From positions 204,936 through 268,935 of the forward strand of contig CAVPMX010000002.1 in NCBI GenBank assembly GCA_963706745.1: DNA of 64,000 nucleotides. Direction: 5' to 3'. The DNA is from an uncultured Actinomycetes bacterium (GTDB lineage Bacteria > Actinomycetota > Acidimicrobiia > IMCC26256 > PALSA-610). The translations under genes and the position numbers were made by a program. Of the stretch, positions 30,819-40,383 are shown piece after piece; the first letter of the stretch is position 1; each line of letters opens with the position of its first letter. The notes under the pieces were generated by a model. The model was not told the origin of the DNA, searched no databases, and saw nothing but the letters and a program-made list of their open reading frames with translations.

Positions 30819-31598
30819 ATGTCGAAGAAGATGCACCTCACGCTCAAGGTGTGGCGGCAGGCCGGGCCGGACGAGCCGGGCAAGTTCGTCACCTATGACG
30901 CCCCCGGCGTCAGCCCGGACATGTCGTTCCTCGAAATGCTCGACGTCGTCAATGATCGACTCACCGAAGACGGGCAGGAGCCGATCGCGTTCGACCACGA
31001 CTGCCGCGAGGGGATCTGCGGTTCCTGCGGGCTGATGATCGACGGGAAGGCACACGGGCCCGAGCGCGGTACGGCGACCTGCCAGCTCCACATGCGCAAG
31101 TACTCCGACGGCGACCACGTGACAGTCGAGCCGTGGCGGGCCGCGGCGTTCCCGATCATCAAGGACTGCTCGGTGGATCGCTCGACGCTCGACCGGATCG
31201 TCGAGTCGGGCGGCTACATCACTGCCGCAACGGGCAGCGCGCCCGACGCGAACCTCATCCCGATCCCCAAGCCGGTAGCCGACGCGGCCATGGACGCCGC
31301 GGCCTGCATAGGTTGCGGGGCATGCGTAGCCGCGTGCCCCAACAGCGCGGCGCAGCTCTTCACCGCGGCGAAGCTGCAGCACCTGAACCTCCTTCCCCAA
31401 GGACAGGCCGAGCGCTGGGACCGCACGATCTCCATGGTCGAGAAGATGGAGGACTACTTCGGGTCCTGCACCAACCACGGCGAGTGCCAGGAGGCGTGCC
31501 CGAAGGAGATCAGCATCGACTTCATCGCGCTGCTGAACCGCGACTACGTGCGGGCGCAGCTCAAGCAGCGACGCCTCGCGGGTCAGAAGTTCCCCTAG
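30819..31598 (+). CDS. sdhB: succinate dehydrogenase iron-sulfur subunit
   Basis: 2Fe-2[11 protein letters not shown], and 4Fe-4S/3Fe-4S clusters [12 protein letters not shown] and [12 protein letters not shown]. Confidence 0.9.
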   Translation: MSKKMHLTLKVWRQAGPDEPGKFVTYDAPGVSPDMSFLEMLDVVNDRLTEDGQEPIAFDHDCREGICGSCGLMIDGKAHGPERGTATCQLHMRKYSDGDHVTVEPWRAAAFPIIKDCSVDRSTLDRIVESGGYITAATGSAPDANLIPIPKPVADAAMDAAACIGCGACVAACPNSAAQLFTAAKLQHLNLLPQGQAERWDRTISMVEKMEDYFGSCTNHGECQEACPKEISIDFIALLNRDYVRAQLKQRRLAGQKFP

Positions 31599-31616
31599 CA
31601 GAGCGTCGCGACGAAC

Positions 31617-32997
31617 CTACGTATCGCCCGACGGCGCGCGTGTGCGCAGCCGCCACAGCGCAGCGCCACCGATCAGGGCAACCAATGCGCCACCACCCAC
31701 GACCGGGACCACCGGGAAGTCGTCGTCGCCGTCGCCCCGCTCGGCCTCCTCGGCCCGACGCTCCGCGTTGCGGCCGAGGGCCTCGGCGAGCGTCGTCGGA
31801 CTGGTGCCGGGCGACGTGCTCGTCGTGGTGACAGGGTCGGAGACACGGAACGGCCCCCGGACCTCATAGGTGATGCCGCCCCCGTCGCCTCCCCGCTGCG
31901 ACGAGAAGTAGAGGCGGTCTCCCGCCGGCGAGAAGGCTGCCCCCGCCAGCTCGGAGCCCTCCTGCCCCGTCAGCCGGAGGAGCGGCGCGATCTCACCGCC
32001 GGCTGTGATCAGCACGATCTCCTGCTCGCCCGTGTGGTCCTCGCAGACCAAGAGGTCACCGAACGACGACATCACGATGTTGTCGGGCCCTGTCAACAGG
32101 GGCGGCTCCGGGACGAGGGCCGGCTCGTACAGCACGGAGAGCGTCTCGTCGGCCGTGCTGTACATCCAGACCCTCTGGTCGAGCTTGGTGACGAAGTAGA
32201 CGACGCCTTCCCGGTACCAGATGCCTTCGCCGCCGAGGAACGCCGTGCTCTCGGCCACCTGTGTGCGCGTGGCGGCACCGGTCGCCGACGGGTCGGGTAC
32301 GGGTAGCCAGGTCACCCGCCCCGCGTCTCCGACCCGCGCGACCTCCAGCGCCCCCGAGGTGAGGTCGGGGTACGACGCGGGGGTGAACCGGTACAGACGG
32401 CCGTCGGCAGCATCCTCGGTCAGGTACACCTGCTCGAGGTCGGGGTCGACTGTCGACGCCTCGTGCAGGAAGACGCCGAGCGCGGGGAGGGGGCGCGCGT
32501 CGACCTCCCCCATGGGATCGCACTCCCACACGCTGTCCCTGCTCGTGCTCCTCGCCCGAGAGCCACGTACCCCACGGCGTGGCGCCGCCGGCGCAGTTCA
32601 CCATCGTCCCGCTCAGGATCGAGTAGGCGTCGATGATCTCGCCGCCGCGGTCGAAGCGAATCGCGCCGACGCCGCCCGTCCCCTCTTCGCGAGCCTCGCT
32701 GTTCGAGACGTACACCCATCCGCCGTCGTCTGCCGCGAAGGCCGCTCCGCCGTCGGGGAAGATGTGCCACCGGTACGACGACCGCCCGACCGTCCGGTCG
32801 TAGCGAGCGATCACACGCGACTCGAAGCCCTCGGGGAGCATGAGGCCGAGCGCATCGGGCCCGCGAAGGGGCCCGTAGGGCCCGTCGGTGACGCGCAGTC
32901 CCTTCGCCGAGGCCGCGCCCACGGTGGCAGCGGCGACCGCCGTGGTGGCCCCCGTCGCGAGCACCAGGAACTCCCGTCGACCCAGCGGAGTCGCCAT
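31617..32997 (-). pseudogene. PhoX/DUF839-like secreted beta-propeller phosphatase, one frameshift
   Basis: Tat signal MATPLGRREFLVLATGATTAVAAA, then ...NCAGGATPWGTWLSGEEHEQGQ (ORF 32056..33117), continuing as VWECDPMGE... (ORF 31617..32531). Junction at ~32532. C-terminal acidic stretch plus a TM helix and RLRTR tail. Confidence 0.7.
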
Positions 32998-33145
32998 GGC
33001 CCTCCTCCATCGGGAAACGAAAGGGTACCGCCCGCTACGAACGACAACGGTGTAATCGTCCCACCCGGTCGGTACGTTTCGAATGCGGGCGGGGACGGTG
33101 CGTGGGTGGGGGCGCACCGCCCTGCACCGCGTAGTCTGCGGACCC

Positions 33146-34771
33146 GTGCCGGGCCACTCCTTCGCAAGGTCATGGGCGACGGTCGCCTCCCTCGCACCGA
33201 ATCGTGACGCAATCGTCTGCGGCGATCGGCGCGTCTCCTACGGCGACTTCGACGCCCGCTCGCACCGGCTCGCGAGAGCACTGAGCTCGTCGGGGGTGCG
33301 CTCGGGGGACAAGGTCGCCATCGAGTGCGTCAACTCACCCGAGTACCTCGAGGCCTTCTTCGCCGCACTGAAGCTCGGGGCCGTGCCGGTGAACGTCAAC
33401 TACCGCTACGTCGGTGCGGAGCTGGCATACCTCCTCGACAACTCCGACGCGTCCGCACTCGTCTTCCACGACGAGTTCGCCCCCACCGTCGCCGAGGCCC
33501 TCACGCAGCTCCCGGCCGGCCGCTCCCCCGCTCTCCTCCTGCAGGTCGCGCACCGAGGCGACGGGTCCCTCCTGGAGGGTGCTCGACGATACGAGGAGAT
33601 GCTGGCGGGCGACCCGGAGCCCGGTCTCCCGGAGGTTCACGAGCCATCCGGCGACGACCTGATCTTCATCTACACCGGCGGGACCACCGGCTCTCCGAAG
33701 GCCGTGATGTGGCGCAACGAGGACCTGTACGTGGCGCTCTGGCAGATGGCCCGGCCCGGCACCGAGCCGCCGGACCCGGCCGTGGCGATCGGGCGTGGCA
33801 AGCGCGCCGCGACCGCCCTCCCGGCCTGCCCACTCATGCACGGCACCGGTCTCTTCATAACGCTCTCCACACTCGCCGGCGGTGGCACCGTCGTCCTCCT
33901 CGACACCCCGCGACTCGACGCCGCGTTGCTGTGGCGGGCCGTCGAGACCGAGGCGGTGCAGGTGCTCACGATCGTCGGCGACGCGTTCGCCCGCCCCCTC
34001 CTCGCCGCCCTCGACGCGGAGCCCGGGCGGTGGGATCTGTCGAGCCTCTCGGCCATCACGTCTTCGGGAGTCACCTGGAGCCCCGAGACGAAGCGCGGGC
34101 TGCTGCGCCACGTACCCGACGCGCTCCTGATCGACTCGCTCGGCGCGTCGGAGGGGATCATGACCCGCAGCGAGACGCGCAGCGACGACGAGATCCGCCC
34201 CGGCCGCTTCGTGATGTCGGACCGCATGGTCGTCGTCACCGACGACGACGACCTGGTGCAGCCGGGAGACGGCCGGATCGGGATGCTGGGAGTGGGCGGC
34301 CCGATCCCACTCGGCTACTACAAGGACGACGCGAAGACCGCTGCGACGTTCCGCACCGTTCACGGGCGCCGCTACTCGATACCGGGCGACTACGCGACCG
34401 TCGAGGCCGACGGAACGATCACGCTCCTCGGGCGCGGGTCTGCCTGCATCAACACCGGCGGCGAGAAGGTGTACCCCGAAGAGGTCGAGCTCGCGTTGCA
34501 CTCATGCCCCGGGGTCGTCGACGCCGTGGTCGTCGGCGTGCCCGACGACCGATGGGGTGAGATGGTGGTCGCGCTGGTCCAGGCCCTCACGGGGTCGGAC
34601 CTGGCCGAGGCCGACCTGGCGCTGCACTGTCGGGAGACGCTCGCCGGGTACAAGATCCCCAAGCGCTTCCTCGTTCTCGACACGCTGCAGAGGTCGCCGT
34701 CGGGCAAGGCCGACTACAAGGTCCTGCGCGCACTCGCCGCCGAGGGAGTGCGGGGCGAAGAGCGCACGTAG
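33146..34771 (+). CDS. acyl-CoA synthetase / AMP-dependent ligase (FadD-like)
   Basis: AMP-binding motifs IFIYTGGTTGSPKAVMW, YATVEADGTITLLGRG, GEKVYPEEVE, and the PSGKADYK tail. The start is uncertain (the track ORF begins at 33083). Confidence 0.85.
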   Translation: MPGHSFARSWATVASLAPNRDAIVCGDRRVSYGDFDARSHRLARALSSSGVRSGDKVAIECVNSPEYLEAFFAALKLGAVPVNVNYRYVGAELAYLLDNSDASALVFHDEFAPTVAEALTQLPAGRSPALLLQVAHRGDGSLLEGARRYEEMLAGDPEPGLPEVHEPSGDDLIFIYTGGTTGSPKAVMWRNEDLYVALWQMARPGTEPPDPAVAIGRGKRAATALPACPLMHGTGLFITLSTLAGGGTVVLLDTPRLDAALLWRAVETEAVQVLTIVGDAFARPLLAALDAEPGRWDLSSLSAITSSGVTWSPETKRGLLRHVPDALLIDSLGASEGIMTRSETRSDDEIRPGRFVMSDRMVVVTDDDDLVQPGDGRIGMLGVGGPIPLGYYKDDAKTAATFRTVHGRRYSIPGDYATVEADGTITLLGRGSACINTGGEKVYPEEVELALHSCPGVVDAVVVGVPDDRWGEMVVALVQALTGSDLAEADLALHCRETLAGYKIPKRFLVLDTLQRSPSGKADYKVLRALAAEGVRGEERT

Positions 34772-34822
34772 GGTGCGCCCCGATACCCCTTGGGGTATCA
34801 TCGCTCGGCCGAAGGAGGCGCC

Positions 34823-35092
34823 ATGGAACTGCCCGAAGAGGTCGTCGACGATCTTCTCCGCCGCCTGCGCCGCATCGAGGGGCAGGTGCGCGGCGTCCAG
34901 GGCATGCTCTCCGAGCACCGCGAGTGCCGCGACGTCGTCACCCAGATAGCGGCCGCCACCAAGGCTCTCGAGCAGGTCGGTTTCAAGCTCCTCGCGTCGG
35001 GGCTCACCTCGTGCCTGCAGGATCCCGCCCGGGCGGAGGCCGAGGGCTATCCGGTCGAGGAGGTCGAGCGCCTCTTCCTCAAGCTGACGTGA
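34823..35092 (+). CDS. csoR: CsoR/RcnR-family metal-sensing repressor (DUF156)
   Basis: LLRRLRRIEGQVRGVQGMLSEHRECRDVVTQIAAATKALEQVG, a typical CsoR helix bundle with Cys/His ligand positions. Confidence 0.85.
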   Translation: MELPEEVVDDLLRRLRRIEGQVRGVQGMLSEHRECRDVVTQIAAATKALEQVGFKLLASGLTSCLQDPARAEAEGYPVEEVERLFLKLT

Positions 35093-35102
35093 GCTGACGT
35101 GA

Positions 35103-35286
35103 GCATGAGTGAGGCCGCCGCCGTCCGCTCCGGGCCGACCCAGGCCGGCCGAGCGTGGCCCGAGCGGCCCGGCCCGCAGGGCCAGGAGCGGGAAGCATGA
35201 GTGAGGCCGCCGCCGTCCGCTCCGGGCCGACCCAGGCCGGCCGAGCGTGGCCCGAGCGGCCCGGCCCGCAGGGCCAGGAGCGGGAA
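35103..35286 (+). repeat. two tandem 92-bp MIRU-like units, each a 31-codon mini-ORF with an ATGA stop/start overlap
   Basis: Unit = GC ATGAGTGAGGCCGCCGCCGTCCGCTCCGGGCCGACCCAGGCCGGCCGAGCGTGGCCCGAGCGGCCCGGCCCGCAGGGCCAGGAGCGGGAA. ATGs at 35105, 35197 and 35289 (period 92). Mini-ORFs span 35105-35200 and 35197-35292 (MSEAAAVRSGPTQAGRAWPERPGPQGQERE[A/S]*). The last ATGA is the start of the CoA-transferase gene. Confidence 0.9.
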
Positions 35287-35288
35287 TC

Positions 35289-36527
35289 ATGAGCATGAGC
35301 GGTGGACCGCTGGCCGGGGTCCGCGTGCTCGACTTCTCCAGGGTCCTCGCAGGCCCGTACTGCGGGCGCATGCTCTCCGACCTCGGGGCCGACGTCGTCA
35401 AGATCGAGCCTCCCGAGGGCGACCTGACCCGCTTCGCGGACCCGAAGGTGAACTCGATCTCGCTCTACTACGCGCAGCAGAACACCGGGAAGCGCAACGT
35501 CTCGATCGACCTGCGCCGCGCCGAGGGAGTCGACCTCGCACTCCGCCTCGCCGAGCGCGCCGACGTCGTGCTGGAGAACTCCCGACCCGGCGTGATGGAC
35601 CGGCTCGGCCTCGGGTACGACGCCGTCTCGTCGCGGAACCCGCGGGTCGTATACGCGTCGATCACCGGCTATGGCCAGAGCGGGCCGTGGTCGGGACGCC
35701 GCGGATACGCCGTGCTCGTACACGCCGAGGCCGGCCTCGACGAGGCGGGCGCAAGGCTCCGCCGCGACGCGGGCGACCCCGACGCGACCCCCGTGCAGGA
35801 CGGCACGTCGCACGCCGACGTCTATGCGGGGCTGCACGCCGCGTCGGCGATCCTCGCGTCGCTGTTCGCGCGCGAGCACACCGGTAGCGGACAGCACATC
35901 GACGTCTCGATGGCAGAGGCGATGCTGCACACCAACGACTTCGCGCACTGGGATCTCGTCGGCGCCGAGACGGGCGACAGGTGGGCAGCCCTGGCACCCG
36001 CGTACTCCCCGATCGTGCGCACCGGAGCAGGATGCTCGATCACGATCGCCGGCGACCCGGTCGCCCCGGGCCTCTTCGAGCGCTACCTCGCCGCCCTGGA
36101 TCGTCGCGACCTCGCCGACGACCCGCGCTTCGCCATGGAGCGACGTCGGCTGCACCGACGCGAGCTCCTGCACCTGATCGAGGAGTGGACACTCACCTTC
36201 GACGACGTCGACCGCCTCGAGGCGGTGCTCGACGCTCACGGTCTGCCGGTCGGACGCCTGCGAACCGTCTCCGAGCTGCTGGAGACCGACTGGGCGCGCG
36301 AGCGCGGGGTCGTCGCGCAGGTCCCCGATCGCGGGCAGGGGACCATCCCCGTGCCCCAGGCGCCATGGCGGTTCTCCTCGCTGCCCGTCGGCGTGCGTGG
36401 CGAGCCTGCATACCGCGGCGAGCACAACCGCGAGGTGCTCGGGGAGCAGCTCGGGCTCACCGGCGAGGAGCTCGACGCCCTGGACCACGACGGGGTGATC
36501 TCGAGTCGCCTGCCCCGGGATCGCTGA
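35289..36527 (+). CDS. CaiB/BaiF family III CoA-transferase
   Basis: MSMSGGPLAGVRVLDFSRVLAGPYCGRMLSDLGADVVKIEPPEGD is a canonical family III N-terminus. Confidence 0.9.
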   Translation: MSMSGGPLAGVRVLDFSRVLAGPYCGRMLSDLGADVVKIEPPEGDLTRFADPKVNSISLYYAQQNTGKRNVSIDLRRAEGVDLALRLAERADVVLENSRPGVMDRLGLGYDAVSSRNPRVVYASITGYGQSGPWSGRRGYAVLVHAEAGLDEAGARLRRDAGDPDATPVQDGTSHADVYAGLHAASAILASLFAREHTGSGQHIDVSMAEAMLHTNDFAHWDLVGAETGDRWAALAPAYSPIVRTGAGCSITIAGDPVAPGLFERYLAALDRRDLADDPRFAMERRRLHRRELLHLIEEWTLTFDDVDRLEAVLDAHGLPVGRLRTVSELLETDWARERGVVAQVPDRGQGTIPVPQAPWRFSSLPVGVRGEPAYRGEHNREVLGEQLGLTGEELDALDHDGVISSRLPRDR

Positions 36528-36532
36528 CCCAC

Positions 36533-37039
36533 GTGGAAGAGGCCGCCTTCACCCTGCGCGTCCTGACCGCGTCAGCGTCCGACCTCGACGTCGGCAAGTG
36601 GCTCGTGCGTGAGTACGTGGAGCACACCGCTCGCGAGATGGCGGAGCCCGGCTCCGAGCCCGACCTCGCCGAGATCCTCCCCTACATCCCCGACTACCAC
36701 GACTTCGCCTCGAGGTACCACGCGCCCGGCGCTCTGTTCCTGGTCGCCGAACGCGACGGCGCAGTCGGCGGCGGAGTCGGAGTCTCCCGCTACGACGACC
36801 GATCGTGCGAGATGAACCGGCTCTGGGTCCGACCCGGGCACCGCGGGCTCGGGTTGGGTCGCGCACTTGCCGCCGGGTCGCTCTCGCACGCCCGCAGCCG
36901 CGGCTACGAGCGGATGGTCCTCGACGTCCTGAAGTCGCGCACGGTACCGATCGCCCTATACCGGTCGCTCGGCTTCGTCGACGCCGAACCGATCCACGAG
37001 TACACGTTCGAAGTGGTCCCGCTCGCACTCGGCCTCTGA
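36533..37039 (+). CDS. GNAT family N-acetyltransferase
   Basis: Tail of track ORF 35981..37039: RLWVRPGHRGLGLGRALAAGSLSHARSRGYERMVLDV (acetyl-CoA motif A). GTG 36533. Confidence 0.8.
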   Translation: MEEAAFTLRVLTASASDLDVGKWLVREYVEHTAREMAEPGSEPDLAEILPYIPDYHDFASRYHAPGALFLVAERDGAVGGGVGVSRYDDRSCEMNRLWVRPGHRGLGLGRALAAGSLSHARSRGYERMVLDVLKSRTVPIALYRSLGFVDAEPIHEYTFEVVPLALGL

Positions 37040-37090
37040 GTCCCCGCGCCCGGTGACCGGGGCTGCGCCGCCTACCGGCGGGTAACCTCT

Positions 37091-38737
37091 GTGGCCGTGA
37101 CCCTGCACCGCGCCCAGTCCCTCCGCCGCCTGGCCGACGAGCACTTCGACGTGCTCGTCGTCGGCGCCGGGATCACTGGCGCCGGCGCAGCACTCGACGC
37201 CGCCGCCAGGGGCCTGCGCACCGCGCTCGTCGACAAGGGCGACTTCGCGTCGGGCACCTCCTCGAAGTCGTCGAAGCTCGTCCACGGCGGTCTGCGCTAC
37301 CTGCAGCAGAAGGAGATCCGTCTCGTGTACGAGGCGCTCGCCGAGCGCCAGCTCCTGCGCCACACGGCGCCGCACCTCGTGGAGATCCTGCCGTTCATGA
37401 TCCCGATCTTCTCCAAGGACGGCCTCATTCCGAAGTCGGTGGCGAAGGTCCTCGGTACGGCGATGTGGATGTACGACCTGACCGGCGGCGCCCGCATCGG
37501 CAAGCTCCACAAGCGCATCTCCAAGGATGACGCGCTCGCGCACATGCCGACCCTTCCCGCCGAACGCCTCGCGTCGTCGTACCTGTACTACGACGCCCGC
37601 GCCGACGACGCTCGTCTCACGCTCGCGGTCGCGCGAACCGCCGCCGACTACGGCGCGGCAGTGGCGAACTACGCGACGCTGACCGAGATCGTCAAGGACA
37701 CCGCCGGCCGCGCGTGTGGCGCACTCGTGGTGGCCGACGGCGCCGAGATCCGGGTGAGCGCCGATGCAGTGGTGAACGCGACGGGTGTCTGGGCCGACGA
37801 CGTCAGGGCGATCGACGAGGGCGTGCACCCCGACACGATCCGACCCGCCAAGGGCATCCACATCACGGTTCCGTGGTCGAAGGTGCGCAACGACATCGCC
37901 GTGGTCGTGCCAGTACCCAAGGACAGGCGCTCGGTCTTCGTGGTCCCGTGGGGCGACGACGACGGCGAACCCGCGTTCACCTACATCGGCACGACCGACA
38001 CCGATTACGAGGGCCCCCTCGACGATCCGCAGTGCACGCCAGACGACATCGCGTACCTGCTGCGCGCCATCAACCACTCGGTGACGACCGAGATCACCGA
38101 CTCCGACGTCCTCGGCGCCTGGGCCGGACTCCGTCCCCTGGTTCGCAGCGCCACCACCGAGCGCACCGCGGATCTCTCGCGGCGGCACACGGTGAAGCGG
38201 TCGGCGAGCGGTGTCATCACGGTCACGGGCGGCAAGCTCACCACCTACCGGCGGATGGCGGCGGACGTCATCGACGAGGTCGTCGACCTGCTCGGGCGCG
38301 GAGGTCGGAGCGGGACGAAGCGCATCAGGCTCGCCGGAGCGATCGGATGGGACGCCCCCGGCCTCCCGGCGCACCTGTCGGCGCGCTACGGAGGCGAGGC
38401 GCGTCGGGTACTCGCCCTTGCGGCCGACGATCCGACTCTCGCCGAGCCTCTCGTGCCCGGCCTGCCGTACCTGCGCGCCGAGGCCGTGTTCGCGGTGCGC
38501 CACGAGATGGCGATGGGCCTCGACGATGTGCTCTCCCGCCGCACCCGCGCGCGCATACTCTCCCGCGACTCGACTGCCGCGGCCGCCGGCGAAGTGGCCC
38601 TCCTCCTCGCCCGGGAGCTGGGCTGGTCGGAGGCCGAGGCGGAACGCCGGGCCGCCGAGTACCGCGCGTCGGTAGCCGAGGAACGGTCAGCGGCCCACCT
38701 ACCGGAGACGGCCCTCGACGCCGCACTCGGCTCCTGA
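37091..38737 (+). CDS. glpD: glycerol-3-phosphate dehydrogenase (FAD-dependent)
   Basis: FDVLVVGAGITGAGAALDAAARG...GTSSKSSKLVHGGLRYL. Confidence 0.9.
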   Translation: MAVTLHRAQSLRRLADEHFDVLVVGAGITGAGAALDAAARGLRTALVDKGDFASGTSSKSSKLVHGGLRYLQQKEIRLVYEALAERQLLRHTAPHLVEILPFMIPIFSKDGLIPKSVAKVLGTAMWMYDLTGGARIGKLHKRISKDDALAHMPTLPAERLASSYLYYDARADDARLTLAVARTAADYGAAVANYATLTEIVKDTAGRACGALVVADGAEIRVSADAVVNATGVWADDVRAIDEGVHPDTIRPAKGIHITVPWSKVRNDIAVVVPVPKDRRSVFVVPWGDDDGEPAFTYIGTTDTDYEGPLDDPQCTPDDIAYLLRAINHSVTTEITDSDVLGAWAGLRPLVRSATTERTADLSRRHTVKRSASGVITVTGGKLTTYRRMAADVIDEVVDLLGRGGRSGTKRIRLAGAIGWDAPGLPAHLSARYGGEARRVLALAADDPTLAEPLVPGLPYLRAEAVFAVRHEMAMGLDDVLSRRTRARILSRDSTAAAAGEVALLLARELGWSEAEAERRAAEYRASVAEERSAAHLPETALDAALGS

Positions 38738-38833
38738 GAGCGGATGGCGCCGCCACGCGAGGGTGGTCGCCGGCGGTGACCGCGCCGTAGCCTGCCCGGA
38801 CCGCCGGAGTCCCCTCATGAGGAGGCGCGAAAC

Positions 38834-40339
38834 ATGACCTTCCAGCCCAATCGCGGGATCCCGACTCCGCCGATGGCATTCGACGGCGGGCCCGCCGGGG
38901 TCACCGGACGCATCGCCGCTCGACGCGTCGAAGTGGACGACGCGACTCTCGCGAGCCTGCGCGGCTCCTGCGCCGAGGTGCTCACGTCGGACGACGAAGT
39001 CGTCGAGGCGAGCCGCGACTGGTGGCCTCTCGCGATGATCTGGGCGCTCGACCGGGAGGTCGGCGCCAGGGCGTCGGTCGTCGTGCGCCCGGCCGGTGCC
39101 GAGGAGGTCGCGGCGGTTCTCCGCGTCTGCAACGAGTCCGGCACCCCCGTGACGGTCGCCGCCGGCCGAAGCGGCGTCTGTGGGGGCAGCATCCCGCTGC
39201 ACGGTGGAGTCGTGCTCGATCTCACAGGTATGGCCGGCATCGTCTCGGTCGACGGGTCGTCGATGATCGTCGACGCCCTCGCCGGCACCTTCGGCGACGT
39301 GCTGGAGGACGAGCTGCGCGCCCGGCACGGTGCGACAGTCGGTCACTGGCCGCAGTCGATGGCGCTGTCGACGGTTGGGGGCTGGCTCGCGTGCCGCGGC
39401 GCCGGACAGCTCTCCACCCGCTACGGCAAGATCGAGGACATGGTCGTCGGCCTCGACGTCGTGCTCGCCGACGGCTCCCGGATCTCGACCGGCGGCGCAC
39501 CGCGCGCCGCCGTCGGCCCCGACCTCAACCAGCTCTTCGTCGGCTCGGAAGGGACGCTGGGCGTGATCACGGCCGCTCGCCTGAGGCTGCATCCCGAACC
39601 GGGTTCCGAGCGCCGGGCCGCGTACGCCTTCGAGTCGTTCACCGACGGCCTCGACGCATGTCGTCGAATCCTTCGCCGGGGCGCCACGCCCGCTGTACTG
39701 CGCCTCTACGACGCCATCGAGGCCGACCGCTCCTACCAGACCGGAGATCGGCACGTGCTGCTGGTCCTCGACGAAGGAGACGCACACATCGTCGACGCCG
39801 CGATGGCGATCGTCGACGAGGAGTGCCACGACGCGCAGAACCTCGACGTCGGCCTGGTCGGTAGGTGGATGGAGCACCGAAACGACGTCACCGCCCTGGA
39901 GGCGCTCCTTCGCCGCGGCTTCGTGGTCGACACGATGGAGATCGCAGCCCCGTGGTCGCGCCTGGCGCACATCTACGAGCGCGCCACCGACGCGATCCGC
40001 TCGGTCGAGCACTCCATCGTCGCTTCGGCGCACCAGTCCCACTCGTACACCGACGGCGCATGCCTCTACTTCACCTTCGCGGGCAACCCGCCTGCGGAGG
40101 GCAGGGAGAGCTACTACCGGGCCGCCTGGGATGCCGGCACGAGGGCCGTCCTGGCGGAGGGTGGGGCCCTCTCCCACCACCACGGCATCGGCCTCAATCG
40201 CGCCCGATTCGTGCGCGAGGCACTCGGGCCCGCATTCACGGTCCTGGAGGCGACGAAGCGGGCTCTCGACCCCAACGGCATCCTCAACCCGGGCAAGCTC
40301 GCCCTCGACTCCCCCTTCGGAGCGGTCCCCTGGCCGTAG
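38834..40339 (+). CDS. FAD-linked oxidase (GlcD / alkyl-DHAP synthase-like)
   Basis: FAD-binding PCMH domain (VVRPAGAEEVAAVLRVCNESGTPVTVAAGRSGVCGGS) and C-terminal HHHGIG motif. GAGGAGG SD. Confidence 0.85.
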   Translation: MTFQPNRGIPTPPMAFDGGPAGVTGRIAARRVEVDDATLASLRGSCAEVLTSDDEVVEASRDWWPLAMIWALDREVGARASVVVRPAGAEEVAAVLRVCNESGTPVTVAAGRSGVCGGSIPLHGGVVLDLTGMAGIVSVDGSSMIVDALAGTFGDVLEDELRARHGATVGHWPQSMALSTVGGWLACRGAGQLSTRYGKIEDMVVGLDVVLADGSRISTGGAPRAAVGPDLNQLFVGSEGTLGVITAARLRLHPEPGSERRAAYAFESFTDGLDACRRILRRGATPAVLRLYDAIEADRSYQTGDRHVLLVLDEGDAHIVDAAMAIVDEECHDAQNLDVGLVGRWMEHRNDVTALEALLRRGFVVDTMEIAAPWSRLAHIYERATDAIRSVEHSIVASAHQSHSYTDGACLYFTFAGNPPAEGRESYYRAAWDAGTRAVLAEGGALSHHHGIGLNRARFVREALGPAFTVLEATKRALDPNGILNPGKLALDSPFGAVPWP

Positions 40340-40383
40340 AGCCGCGGCGGGGGCGGTCGGACGACTGAGAGAGCGGTGAGCGA

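Noticed and set aside
35084-35103. The 10-bp duplication CTGACGTGAG x2 as a target-site duplication of a mobile element
   Set aside because: The two copies are adjacent rather than flanking the array. There are no terminal inverted repeats and no transposase anywhere in the window. Slippage or recombination at the GTGAG/ATGAG-rich junction is more likely.
35103-35286. CRISPR interpretation of the tandem repeats (also 44812..45055)
   Set aside because: The units abut directly with no unique spacers. They are 59-93 bp long, carry start and stop codons and an SD, and no cas genes are present.
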